Virus record (IMG/VR): IMGVR_UViG_3300031952_000079
Location: 1-33,857 of that record
Direction: 5' to 3' (one strand)
Source of the DNA: a virus
Lineage: Duplodnaviria; Caudoviricetes
Length of the DNA stretch: 33,857 nucleotides
In this document: positions 7,246 through 16,447 of the stretch, one piece after another
How positions within the stretch are numbered: position 1 is the stretch's first letter
Layout of the letters: every line of letters starts with the position of its first letter
Notes under the pieces: model-generated
Told to the model about the DNA's origin: nothing
Database searches by the model: none
What the model saw: the letters and a program-made list of their open reading frames with translations, nothing else
Position numbers and translations under genes: made by a program

Positions 7246-9860
7246 CAGCTCACCTCACGCTTCTTGCTCTTCACGCTCTTGCGATAGCCAGCATACGCGA
7301 TCACCCCGATGCCGGTGATCACGAAAGCCGCCAATGGAACCGTGACATACGGGCTCGTAAGAATGTCTCCAGGAGGAGGCGGCGGAGGCTCACCCACCCA
7401 GCTAATCTCAATAATGTTAGTCGCGTTTGGAATCGTGACTGTGCCCGTGCTTGAACTCCAGCTCCAGCCTGAACCTTCCGTCTTGTTAACGCTGTCCACG
7501 TAGACCAGCAGCGGCTTGCTCCTCGACCCCACATCAACCCCAGTAATGGTTGACGCTAACCCGGTGCTATTCAGAAGTATAGTTGTCTTGTTTGAAACAG
7601 CAGACCAAGCCAAACTCGCGACCCTGGCGGAAGAGTAAACCGCAAACGAGTCATTCAGGTTCTTCGCAAGATGCTGAGTCGAATACATCAACGCGTGCGT
7701 ATAATATTCTGTGGCGTAGCACATCTGCCGGGCCGCATAAGCATTGGATAGGCCTACGATGCTCTCGTACAGGGTGCTCATGGCCTGATACGTGTAAGCA
7801 TTCCAAGACACGAACATCGACGTGATCCCGCTCTGCTCAATATTCCTTATTTTGCCGATGTCAACGCTGACGCCGCCATCCGTGAACAAGCCCCAATGTC
7901 CCAAAAGCGCAAACTCCGCCTTCGCCTGAGCCAAAGCGGAAAGCGTAAAAGTCCTGACACTAAGCACTGAATCAGTCATCTGCCCCGGGTAAACCCAATC
8001 ATTAGGTTCACTCGAGCCACCCTCATGCAAGTCAAAAGCAATATCCGGCTTGTAAAGATCCGTCAAGTTCCGCATCGCCCAAGCCTCAGGCTGAGTCGTC
8101 ACTCCGCCCGGCGGAAACTGGCGGTTCAAGTCGTAGGCATTCTGGTTTTCACGGTGATTATCATAGTAACCATCCGGGTTGATGATCGGCACAACGATAA
8201 GCGTAATGTCCTGAAGACGGTGACTCCAGTAGCCGCCAGCTTCAGCATCAGCCACAACCAGCTCAACCGCACGCGCGATCGCAGCCACAGGAAGCTTCTC
8301 GTTCCCATGAATGCCAGCACTCCAAATCACATAGCGGCTGCCGTTACCGATGATCGTATAGTTTATGTCCCTTACGTCAACTGAGGATCCAGTCTTATTC
8401 CAGCCGAAAACCCAGAGAGGATGCGCGGCCTTGAAGTCTTGCCACCAAGTCATCCACACCGCCAAGGATCTGTGCGCGGTTCCAGTGCCCATCCATTTAA
8501 CGGCTGAGCCCAGCTTCAAAGTCACGGTCTTGTCTAAAACGTCTAGGAAAATCCAGATGCCAGCCCACTCAGTCTTGCTGCTGAACCCGGTGAAATCTGT
8601 AACCCATAAGCCCTCGTAGGCCGTGGATCCGCCGTCTGTCTCACGCCATAGGTGTGCCCAGCTAGCATCGAAACGGCTAATCACCGTGACATTGCCCAGG
8701 CTCGTAAGCTTTGTGATGCTAACGCAGGTAAGGTATGTGCTCGCGTCTTTGCCGTCCCCATTGAAGGGAACCACATCGCCATTTTTGAACCAGCCCAGAT
8801 CCGCAACGAAAGTCGTGACGCCAGTCAGTTTCAGGTCCAGATCAGGAGTATCCAAATTATTGAGCTGAGCGGCGTCAGCTACGTCGCAGATCACCTGTTT
8901 CGCCTTGGCAAACTCCCAAACCGCCGTCTGATTATACGCGGTAGAGCCATAGGTGCAAAGAATCAAACCCGCATAGCTGCTGATCGAAGCATAATTCGTG
9001 ACGTCAGCAGGAGCCAAAAACACGAAAGGAATGCTTTGATTTCCCAGCGCAAACTCAACCCTCCGGATCTCAGTCTGATTCGCAGCAGGATTCCGCACAA
9101 ACACCCAGGTGCCCGTAGGCGGCGGCTGCTCGCCATCAGGCCCAATATAGCTAGTTTGAACCGTACAATCATCCCACAAACTTGTGAAAACGCTATTTAT
9201 TGAAACAAGGTAATTCCCGAAACGAGCAATCCCGATAGTCGCCGAATCCAAAGTGTTATTCAGACCTGTCAAAGCGCCGATGTCTGAACCGTCCACCCAA
9301 GCTCGACTTTCACCAGTGCCAGCGCCAACCGCAATTTTAAACTCAAGACAATACCAAGTATCAACAGCAACAGTCAACGTCGGATTCGAATAATAGGTCC
9401 AGGCAGTCCCCGTGTAGCCCGAGAGATACCATCTGATCACCCCGGACACATTTCTAATGCCTAGAACACCCTTGTTTCCCCCGCCGGCAAGCCAGACCAG
9501 CGCAACACGATCATCATTATCGCCCAACGCCGACAGATTTGGAAAACGCACATAACCCCTAGCAAAAACCGTGCCCACACCCGTGAAGCTCGCATAAAAC
9601 ATTGTCGTCGTGCTACCCGCAGGAGAAGTCACGTTAGCCGCGTAAGCATCCGTCCTCACAATCGAAGATTGAATAGCAGCAGAGCAGCCAGATCCTATGC
9701 TTGTCCCCGTCCAGCCGCTGAAAGTTCCAGACTCAAAACCGTCACTGAAGGGAAGAGAAACACCGGAAGCAATCTTGATGGCGGCAAACGAAGAAAGAAC
9801 CAAAAGCAGGATAGCGAGAAGAGAAAGAAGCTTAGGCCGGGCCAAGCTGCTCACCTCCAT
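7245..9860 (-). CDS. Secreted, membrane-anchored M14 zinc peptidase with N-terminal lectin-like domain
   Basis: Signal/anchor helix; FSDGFESG..WYCLEFK..WVDG ConA-like domain; GIHGNE, NPDG, RENQNAYDLNRQFP, FDLHE, LYES M14 motifs; poly-Pro linker, C-terminal TM and basic tail. Confidence 0.85.
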   Translation of the reverse strand: MEVSSLARPKLLSLLAILLLVLSSFAAIKIASGVSLPFSDGFESGTFSGWTGTSIGSGCSAAIQSSIVRTDAYAANVTSPAGSTTTMFYASFTGVGTVFARGYVRFPNLSALGDNDDRVALVWLAGGGNKGVLGIRNVSGVIRWYLSGYTGTAWTYYSNPTLTVAVDTWYCLEFKIAVGAGTGESRAWVDGSDIGALTGLNNTLDSATIGIARFGNYLVSINSVFTSLWDDCTVQTSYIGPDGEQPPPTGTWVFVRNPAANQTEIRRVEFALGNQSIPFVFLAPADVTNYASISSYAGLILCTYGSTAYNQTAVWEFAKAKQVICDVADAAQLNNLDTPDLDLKLTGVTTFVADLGWFKNGDVVPFNGDGKDASTYLTCVSITKLTSLGNVTVISRFDASWAHLWRETDGGSTAYEGLWVTDFTGFSSKTEWAGIWIFLDVLDKTVTLKLGSAVKWMGTGTAHRSLAVWMTWWQDFKAAHPLWVFGWNKTGSSVDVRDINYTIIGNGSRYVIWSAGIHGNEKLPVAAIARAVELVVADAEAGGYWSHRLQDITLIVVPIINPDGYYDNHRENQNAYDLNRQFPPGGVTTQPEAWAMRNLTDLYKPDIAFDLHEGGSSEPNDWVYPGQMTDSVLSVRTFTLSALAQAKAEFALLGHWGLFTDGGVSVDIGKIRNIEQSGITSMFVSWNAYTYQAMSTLYESIVGLSNAYAARQMCYATEYYTHALMYSTQHLAKNLNDSFAVYSSARVASLAWSAVSNKTTILLNSTGLASTITGVDVGSRSKPLLVYVDSVNKTEGSGWSWSSSTGTVTIPNATNIIEISWVGEPPPPPPGDILTSPYVTVPLAAFVITGIGVIAYAGYRKSVKSKKREVS

Positions 9861-10167
9861 TCACATCGAAAAACAGGCTATACACCTCGTTTGAAGCCCC
9901 ATTCGCGCCAAACCCGACGCCGAAAGCCAACCCGAAACCCACAAAAAGGCTCACGGGCTCGCCTGGAGCAACCGAAGGAATCAACAGCAACGCGGAGAAG
10001 AAGGCAACGCAAAAGCTGACAAGCGCTGTCTTGAGAAAGACCTTCCGCCACACGAAATCCTTTCCCAAAACCTCAGCAGCCTTCGCTTTACGACGAGCAG
10101 GCAACCAAGTCCGCAGAAACACGCCAAGCAAGACGCCTAGAAATTTAGCTGTTTCAAGCTCAAACAA
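9832..10167 (-). CDS. Small multi-TM membrane protein, holin-like
   Basis: 111 aa, three hydrophobic segments with a basic loop; overlaps the peptidase gene start. Confidence 0.55.
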   Translation of the reverse strand: MFELETAKFLGVLLGVFLRTWLPARRKAKAAEVLGKDFVWRKVFLKTALVSFCVAFFSALLLIPSVAPGEPVSLFVGFGLAFGVGFGANGASNEVYSLFFDVNGGEQLGPA

Positions 10168-10220
10168 TCAAACATAACCTTCGCTATGCTTGAACTTTGA
10201 AAAGCGGCACAAATAAGCCG

Positions 10221-10239
10221 AATTGCACGCAATGCACTA
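10221..10239 (-). promoter_or_regulatory. Conserved operator-like motif upstream of the holin-like gene
   Basis: aattgcacgcaatgcacta, 17/19 identical to 11127-11145; AT-rich TTATTTGT lies 4 nt downstream on the minus strand. Confidence 0.5.
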
Positions 10240-10279
10240 CTATGCAACGCTATTTTCTCTGATTTGCGCTCCTGCTTAC

Positions 10280-11098
10280 TTACAGAATGCAGAAGCCGAA
10301 CAAGTCAGACCAACTATTATTGACAGCCGTTACGCCTACGCCAGTGCTTTGCGTGAAGCCCCACCAGCCCTGATTGGCCTTGCGAGTCTCGCCCGTGTAA
10401 CGTCTCCCAACCTTACCGCGCAAGTCGAGAAAAGTATCTCCGACTCCAACGCAAATATATTCAGGAGCTTCATCCAAGTATGCTTTGGTAAAGTCTACTA
10501 CAAGCAGAAAAGGCACCCAGTTTTTAGGTGCAGCAGAACCATAAACGTTTTGGTCAGCTTCTGATTGCATATCAATTTCCAAAATTGTGTTTTCAATTGT
10601 GGCGTCTCGCCAAGTCCACTTTTTAGGTGTAGTCGTGCCCCAATAAGTCACAGGGCTTATAGTCCGCGTTGTTGTGGTCGGAAAATACTCCATGAAGAAT
10701 TGTGCTTGAGCAAGATTCACTATTGTGCCGAGGCTTAACATGCCAGCAATACCCACTTTCGGGCTTGGCAGCTTCCAAAACCGCTTGTTCAACTCGACTG
10801 ATTTGCTTGCGGCGGCTGTGACCGTGCATTTTAAGCATTGTTTACCATTCCATAACCCTTCACTTGCAGTATCCACTTCTGCTGTGCCTTCAGGCGCACC
10901 GCCACCCTCTTTCATAATAGCCCAGCCCTTCGCAGTAACAAAGTCGTCATGCCACAAGGGCATGATTTTGCCATACTTCAAAACTTGAGAAAAACCGCAA
11001 AGGCGCTGAAGTAACGTATTATACTCATGATAGCGCGGAGGTACATGAGATTGACTTAAGGCTTCAAACAGGTCGGGAGGAACAGATAACATAATCAT
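10280..11098 (-). CDS. Hypothetical beta-rich protein (possible carbohydrate-binding/virion accessory)
   Basis: 272-aa ORF with its own TATA-like box; Trp/Thr-rich. Confidence 0.6.
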   Translation of the reverse strand: MIMLSVPPDLFEALSQSHVPPRYHEYNTLLQRLCGFSQVLKYGKIMPLWHDDFVTAKGWAIMKEGGGAPEGTAEVDTASEGLWNGKQCLKCTVTAAASKSVELNKRFWKLPSPKVGIAGMLSLGTIVNLAQAQFFMEYFPTTTTRTISPVTYWGTTTPKKWTWRDATIENTILEIDMQSEADQNVYGSAAPKNWVPFLLVVDFTKAYLDEAPEYICVGVGDTFLDLRGKVGRRYTGETRKANQGWWGFTQSTGVGVTAVNNSWSDLFGFCIL

Positions 11099-11114
11099 TT
11101 ATGAGAAACAAGCC

Positions 11115-11145
11115 CTTTTAAAGGCTAATTGCACGGCATGCACTA
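11115..11145 (-). promoter_or_regulatory. TATA box (TTTAAAAG) with upstream TGCA operator motif
   Basis: TAGTGCATGCCGTGCAATT-agcc-TTTAAAAG, 22 nt before the ATG at 11092 (leaderless geometry). Confidence 0.55.
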
Positions 11146-11154
11146 AAATTCTGG

Positions 11155-11340
11155 TCATTTCTCAAAAGAAGCAGCGGATTTATACGCCTTGACGCCCTTA
11201 CGCAAAAGCATCTCAACCGTATTGCTCCAACACGGCTCCTCACGGTCACCAATCCTAGCCCGAGCAATCTCAAGATCGTGAACCCTCTCCAACTCAAGAT
11301 AGAACACGGCGCTCACAGTCGCAACCACACGCCTCTTCAA
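11155..11340 (-). CDS. Ribbon-helix-helix-like DNA-binding protein (61 aa)
   Basis: TTG start after GGAGGT; KRRVVATVS strand, helix, WSNTVEMLLRKG helix. Confidence 0.55.
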   Translation of the reverse strand: MKRRVVATVSAVFYLELERVHDLEIARARIGDREEPCWSNTVEMLLRKGVKAYKSAASFEK

Positions 11341-11342
11341 GC

Positions 11343-11936
11343 CTAAAACCTCCGCACAAATTGAGGAATATTCAGGTTTCGTGGCTGACACCTTGGCATT
11401 CTACGCGGCTCAAGCTTCGGCTCCCTACGGTGAGCCATGATTTGAACGCTATTCGGATTTCCACCAGAAGGTATAGTGTAAACTATTTCCAACCTTGCTC
11501 GCCTGACGCCTATGCTGGCGCTTGCTCCGCTTCTGTGACTTGTGCATCGCATGGTACAAGCGTTGATGTTTGCCAGGCTCGCAAAGAAGCTTGTCACGTC
11601 GATAGGGCCGGTTGGATACCAAATCCAAGTGCTTGTTCCGTCCAAACCAAAAGTGCCTTTTTCAGTGAAATTCGTTCCGTCAAGACTCAGAGCCGCATGT
11701 ACGCCCGCCAGTTCGCTTGTACTCATTGTTTCAAGGTCAAGACCGATGCTGCTAATGTACGAGAAATCAGTTATCGCTGTGCCATCGAAATCAAAGTTTC
11801 TGTCTATTTGGTCGGTCGTGTACGTGGTGATTAAGTTTGCTGTTGAGTTGTTGAGGTATGGAGTTAAACCTGTATGAGTAGTCCATTGAGCGCTATCTGC
11901 GGTTTTGTTTCCAACATAAAGATATTCGGTGGTCAA
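11343..11936 (-). CDS. Putative virion fibre/spike-associated protein
   Basis: 197 aa, Thr/Ser-rich, beta-rich; TTGA-coupled to the fibre gene. Confidence 0.5.
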   Translation of the reverse strand: MTTEYLYVGNKTADSAQWTTHTGLTPYLNNSTANLITTYTTDQIDRNFDFDGTAITDFSYISSIGLDLETMSTSELAGVHAALSLDGTNFTEKGTFGLDGTSTWIWYPTGPIDVTSFFASLANINACTMRCTSHRSGASASIGVRRARLEIVYTIPSGGNPNSVQIMAHRREPKLEPRRMPRCQPRNLNIPQFVRRF

Positions 11937-12799
11937 GTGAACGTCACCGTCACCGCTTGAGTGCAGACCACTTCAACCGTCAAGTCTGCTCCGGCAACTG
12001 TTCCACCTATCGCGTCCACGTCGATTGTCAGAATGTCATTTTCAGCTAGAGCGGTCACGTCCGGAGTTGAACTATCGTCAATGGCTAATCCTCCTGCCAC
12101 GGTGATGCTTGGCCTTCCATCTTGAGTCGTAAAGATCGTGGTACCATTCTTATTCACGTCCACTGTCACCGCACTTCCGGCTCCCGTCGGCTTAGTCTTC
12201 ACAACGATTTTGACCTTGATAATCGTTAGCGTTCCATCAACCAAAAGAGCAGGAGCTGCAGAAACCAAAACGGCTAACGTTCCAACAACAGAGAAAGTTA
12301 AGGTTCTAGTGATTGACACTGAAGCACTAGGCATACGTGCGGCAGGAACCTTAACAAGAACATCAAGGTCACAGAGACCGTAAGCGACTGCTTTGCTGGC
12401 TAGGAAAGCGTCAATCGAATTATGCGTGTTCGTGCCCTTATTCGTAAGGCTCGTATGATCAATTGCCAGGGCATCGTGAACTGTTTTAGTGTGGTCCGAA
12501 AGATCAGCAACCGCGAGAGCAGCCCACGCCGGAAGACCAGAAACAAGTTTCAAGACTTTCCCATCTATCCCCTTTGCGAGTCGCGACCATTTCGGCGTTG
12601 CATTGCCAATTATTATGTCACCGGCAACAACGGCCGCCGCTAACGTGTCTCCGTGGCTTGCAGACAGAATATCGTGTGCACCGCCACCTCCTAGCTCGCT
12701 AGCGTGTAACCCATCGACCTTATCAGCGTCGAGAGTGCTGCCAACGCCTTGAGGCTTAATCTCCTTAGGCTTATGCTTATGAAATTCTTCAGCGCTCAA
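11933..12799 (-). CDS. Fibre-like structural protein
   Basis: LDADKVDGLHAS and GDIIIG...RLAKGIDGKVL...GLPAW fibre motifs; C-terminal beta-sandwich. Confidence 0.7.
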   Translation of the reverse strand: MSAEEFHKHKPKEIKPQGVGSTLDADKVDGLHASELGGGGAHDILSASHGDTLAAAVVAGDIIIGNATPKWSRLAKGIDGKVLKLVSGLPAWAALAVADLSDHTKTVHDALAIDHTSLTNKGTNTHNSIDAFLASKAVAYGLCDLDVLVKVPAARMPSASVSITRTLTFSVVGTLAVLVSAAPALLVDGTLTIIKVKIVVKTKPTGAGSAVTVDVNKNGTTIFTTQDGRPSITVAGGLAIDDSSTPDVTALAENDILTIDVDAIGGTVAGADLTVEVVCTQAVTVTFT

Positions 12800-13029
12800 G
12801 GCCCAGTCTTCTCCTTCGAGGTCACATCCTTATCAGCATCATACCCGAAGGTTAACTCCAAAATAACAGCCGCATTTTTCCAGTACTTTTTCTTGGCCAC
12901 AACCTTGTCCGCGCCGGCGCCCGTGTACTCATAGCTTACCTTATCCACGAGGCCTGAAAGGAAGAGGAAGAGTTCTGAAGCTGTCGAAATCGCTTTGAAC
13001 GCTTCGCCGCGCCTTTCAAATTCAGCCAA
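12796..13029 (-). CDS. Hypothetical structural protein (77 aa)
   Basis: Overlaps both neighbours in the structural operon. Confidence 0.55.
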   Translation of the reverse strand: MAEFERRGEAFKAISTASELFLFLSGLVDKVSYEYTGAGADKVVAKKKYWKNAAVILELTFGYDADKDVTSKEKTGP

Positions 13030-13330
13030 GTTTGACTTCCACCGGCTTTAAGCAACTATGATAATTGCATATTGGACAACGCCTCAAAATATTCAAAGGG
13101 TGCTCTAAATCGCCGTAGGCATTCCCAGAAACAACCTTGACAGGCCCGTATGTGCTCGGCGTAAGATCAGGCGCGTAAGACTCCATCTTCGAGCCATACG
13201 CACCGTTCCCGTGGTCGCGGGGACAGTACTCCCAGCAGTCACAAACAATCAAGTCCGCAGGCCTCGGAGCTGACAATTCCTTCCCACAGTTAGAACACGA
13301 GCCAGAAACGCAACCTACCTTAACAGCCAT
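13022..13330 (-). CDS. Cys-rich zinc-binding protein
   Basis: CSNC, CDCWEYC and CPIC motifs; follows MCP. Confidence 0.65.
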   Translation of the reverse strand: MAVKVGCVSGSCSNCGKELSAPRPADLIVCDCWEYCPRDHGNGAYGSKMESYAPDLTPSTYGPVKVVSGNAYGDLEHPLNILRRCPICNYHSCLKPVEVKLG

Positions 13331-13360
13331 AGTTTTTCATCCTTCCAACCGTCGAACCCT

Positions 13361-13380
13361 CAAAAAAAGGGGGAGAAAAG
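13361..13380 (-). terminator. Archaeal oligo-T terminator after MCP
   Basis: Minus strand CTTTTCTCCCCCTTTTTTTG about 20 nt after the MCP stop. Confidence 0.55.
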
Positions 13381-13399
13381 AGCGCTATGTTTCTAGAGT

Positions 13400-14365
13400 T
13401 TAGAATGTTGTCTTGAAGTTGGTGCCGCCTGAAACTCCTTTGCTTCGCAGTACACCGTAGCCTATGCGTTCAGTCGCCACAACGCCATACTCGCCCGCGC
13501 GCGGATCCTCAAACGTCTCAGTCGTTATGTCTCTTCGAATCAGCATGACGGCTGCCGGATTTTTATCCACAGCGAAAACCTTGCCGTTCGTGCACTTGCT
13601 ACTCTTAAACAGGTTCATGGTCAACGCTTGTCCTACCAAGCCGCTTCCGAGCTGTAACCCACTGGAGGGCATGTACTGGGAATTTATGAACTCGGTTGCA
13701 GTGAACAGTTGACTCATCTGTTTACTGTGCATGAACATAGTGTCAGCTTCAAAATCCTCGCCAGAGACAGCATCCCACATCTCCACAAGCTTCGCCCACG
13801 ACAACACAGCTGCTCCACCGGCTATTACGGCGCCGCCGGCAAGATCAGCCGCTGCAATGGCCTCGTACAACGCGATTATTTTCTCTGTTTCCTTCTCCGC
13901 GACGCTTCGCCCAAGCTCTTCAAGTTGTCTGTTCAACACGTTCCAGCTGGCATCTTCGGCAAGCTCCTTCGTCCACTTGGTGCTATCCTTGATTATGATG
14001 TTGGTTTTGATGTCCACGGTCTCATCGCGTTCGCCTGACAACCTCGTCACGCCGCCTTCAGAACCAACGTATGCGACGCTTTTCTTAGCCTTCACGAAGC
14101 GTTCCAACGATTCTTTCGTTGAACGCACGTCAATAATGTTTCTTGCGATCAACTTGGGTTTAGCAGCCTCTACAACCGTGTCGTGCATACTTCCCAACGC
14201 GCCAGCCATGTCGCTGAAGATTCCTTCTTTCATGCCCATTTTCGCATACTGGTTTATCCAGGGATTGACGCCAGCGTGCCTTAGCATGCTGTCAAAATCC
14301 GCTGCATACTCTAGATCCTGCTTCATGAGGCCTTCATGGAATTTTGGTAACGGAATTTCCCGCAT
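13400..14365 (-). CDS. HK97-fold major capsid protein
   Basis: 321 aa; VGSEGG E-loop region, WTKELAEDA, FMHSKQ, C-terminal ATERIGYGVLRSKGV; follows protease and cement genes. Confidence 0.9.
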   Translation of the reverse strand: MREIPLPKFHEGLMKQDLEYAADFDSMLRHAGVNPWINQYAKMGMKEGIFSDMAGALGSMHDTVVEAAKPKLIARNIIDVRSTKESLERFVKAKKSVAYVGSEGGVTRLSGERDETVDIKTNIIIKDSTKWTKELAEDASWNVLNRQLEELGRSVAEKETEKIIALYEAIAAADLAGGAVIAGGAAVLSWAKLVEMWDAVSGEDFEADTMFMHSKQMSQLFTATEFINSQYMPSSGLQLGSGLVGQALTMNLFKSSKCTNGKVFAVDKNPAAVMLIRRDITTETFEDPRAGEYGVVATERIGYGVLRSKGVSGGTNFKTTF

Positions 14366-14775
14366 TATCGGTTCACCTTTATGAGAATGAGGTCTGCGTC
14401 TGCCGCTGCCGCTGTCCAGGCGTTGTACCCAAGTGCCTTATCCACCATTGTTATGTCAGCTGCGTAAGGATTCGCAATCACTTTGCCCGCTGTTGAACCT
14501 CGAACAGAACCAGACAGCGCTATTGCGCCGCCAGCCGTCACTTTGATTTTGCCCTGAGTGCACACCGGACACATTTCGCCGATGGCTTTCGTCATAGTTG
14601 CAATTCCAATGGCTATTTCAGCTGCTACGGTCGTCGGGGTTATTTTGCCTGCAGAACTCATGTATACGGCTTGACCTTTCGTAACAGCCGCTTCGCACTC
14701 GTACTCTTCAACTGTCGCGCCCTGCTGTGCTACGTCTCCTACTGCCAAATCGGTTCGCCCACTTAAATCAGCCAT
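14365..14775 (-). CDS. Capsid cement/decoration protein (DUF2190-like)
   Basis: AAVTKGQAV, AIGIA, VCTQGKIKVTAGGAI motifs; adjacent to MCP. Confidence 0.75.
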   Translation of the reverse strand: MADLSGRTDLAVGDVAQQGATVEEYECEAAVTKGQAVYMSSAGKITPTTVAAEIAIGIATMTKAIGEMCPVCTQGKIKVTAGGAIALSGSVRGSTAGKVIANPYAADITMVDKALGYNAWTAAAADADLILIKVNR

Positions 14776-14855
14776 ACTTTCTCATCTTCTCCTCAATTTT
14801 CTTGATTTCAGCCAATTCGTCTTGGCGTACTTTCCGTCATACTCGATGACTAGGA

Positions 14856-16298
14856 TCACTGCCTATCGTCTGGCGCAATTCCAAGGGCTCGCATCTGCTG
14901 ACTGATCATCATTTTTGGCCCGAAAGTCCAGCACTTCCATACATGCGACGGCGGGATACTTTCAACTATGGCCTTGTGCAACGTCAGGTACTTCTGTTTG
15001 GCTTCGCCGACGCCTTGTTTCATCTGCTTCTCCAAGTCCGCACCCTTACCTTCCGCCTCCACGAGCTTCTTCCGCACTTCCACAAGAGCCTCCCCTTCTT
15101 TAGGTCCCTGTGCACCAAGCTTTTCAGCAATCTTCCCCAACGCAACGTCAAATTCGCCTTCCCTGATACGGAGACGCTTCTCCTTCTCAGCAACTGCAGC
15201 ATTCTGAGCAAAATTCTGGGTAAGATATGCTTCCTTCAGCGTCTTCAACTGATCTATTGTCGCTTTCATCCGCGTAAGCTCTTGCCCGATTTTGGTTTCC
15301 GCCTCCTTGAGAATGATTATGACTGGTGCAGCCTGCGCTTGAGGAATCGAACTGAACGTATCAGCCCGGGTTAAGGCGCTAAACTGTCCCTCCAAATAGC
15401 GAACACGCTCTTCAAAGGCTTGACGCAGTTGATCTATCTGCACGTCAAAGGGCGGCGGCACGATTGGCAACATTATGCCTTCCCACAGCTTCACGAAGGT
15501 TTCCTTATCTGCAGGCGGAAACTGAGACATGAAGTGCACGCTAGTAAAGTCAAAGTTTCGTGGGGCCACGGCTCCGCCGATGCGCTCCGTCATCACGCCA
15601 TCCTTAAACCAGTCTAACTCGATGCTTAGGCCTTTGAACGCGCCCTCCTTAATCTTCCTTTTAACTTGGTCATCCACATTGCCTTCGAATGCTACGCCGT
15701 TCTCCTGCTCGTCATACCACGCCTTTTCAACCATGTTCGGCTTAGGCAACAGACGCAGGTGATCAATTCCAAAAGACTTGCCGCCCAGGCTTGGCGCGCT
15801 CTTCTTAAGTTCCTCCTTCAGAAACAGATGAGCTTGGCCTTCCTCCGGATGCCAGAGTCTCTTCGGGTGAAGAGCAACTCCAGAAACCCTATTCCCCTCA
15901 CACCTGATGCTTTCAGCGAACAACCTCAACTTCACAGGCAAAACGCCCTGCTGTGTACCCTGTTGAGATAACGCCAATGCTTCCTCTTCCGCCAACGTAG
16001 CCAAAGCATCCTCGTAACCACGTTTCTGCACCCACAACGCATCAATATCAGCAGCTATCTGCGGGTCTACCACTGGAAATGCAATAGCCTGCTTTGCTTT
16101 GACCTGCTCGGAAATCTCTGCAATCTTCGCCTTAATTTGCTCTTGGCTCATCGTCTGCAACTTCAATGGTTTTCGACGAAGACCTTCCTCGACGGCGTGT
16201 TGAATGGTGCCACAATAAGCTGCTGGATCCTTCTTATCTTGATTTTTGGCTACGCAATCTTCGTAACTTTCATATTCTCCAAACGGCAACTCTATCAC
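14856..16298 (-). CDS. Prohead protease fused to coiled-coil scaffold
   Basis: GIDH (His) and KGLSIE (Ser) motifs of capsid maturation proteases; C-terminal coiled coil; N-terminal PFGEY..CV..YC module. Confidence 0.75.
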   Translation of the reverse strand: MIELPFGEYESYEDCVAKNQDKKDPAAYCGTIQHAVEEGLRRKPLKLQTMSQEQIKAKIAEISEQVKAKQAIAFPVVDPQIAADIDALWVQKRGYEDALATLAEEEALALSQQGTQQGVLPVKLRLFAESIRCEGNRVSGVALHPKRLWHPEEGQAHLFLKEELKKSAPSLGGKSFGIDHLRLLPKPNMVEKAWYDEQENGVAFEGNVDDQVKRKIKEGAFKGLSIELDWFKDGVMTERIGGAVAPRNFDFTSVHFMSQFPPADKETFVKLWEGIMLPIVPPPFDVQIDQLRQAFEERVRYLEGQFSALTRADTFSSIPQAQAAPVIIILKEAETKIGQELTRMKATIDQLKTLKEAYLTQNFAQNAAVAEKEKRLRIREGEFDVALGKIAEKLGAQGPKEGEALVEVRKKLVEAEGKGADLEKQMKQGVGEAKQKYLTLHKAIVESIPPSHVWKCWTFGPKMMISQQMRALGIAPDDRQ

Positions 16299-16447
16299 CT
16301 CCGCGATTTAGCTGATCCTTCCGTTTTTAGGGATTTCATTTCTTTGGCAGACATCTCCGCAATCGTCTCGGCTGCCTGATCAATTTGGCTCGAAGACAAG
16401 GGCGGAGAATAAGTCGCCAACACTTTCCTGATCTCATCTTTCAACAT
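16295..16447 (-). CDS. Small hypothetical protein (50 aa), not in ORF track
   Basis: MLKDEIRKVLATYSPP...AKSRR*; overlaps portal end; GTGA-coupled to the protease start. Confidence 0.55.
   Translation of the reverse strand: MLKDEIRKVLATYSPPLSSSQIDQAAETIAEMSAKEMKSLKTEGSAKSRR

Noticed and set aside
10280-12799. Diversity-generating retroelement or invertible host-range cassette
   Set aside because: No reverse transcriptase, adenine-variable repeat pair or inverted recombination sites found
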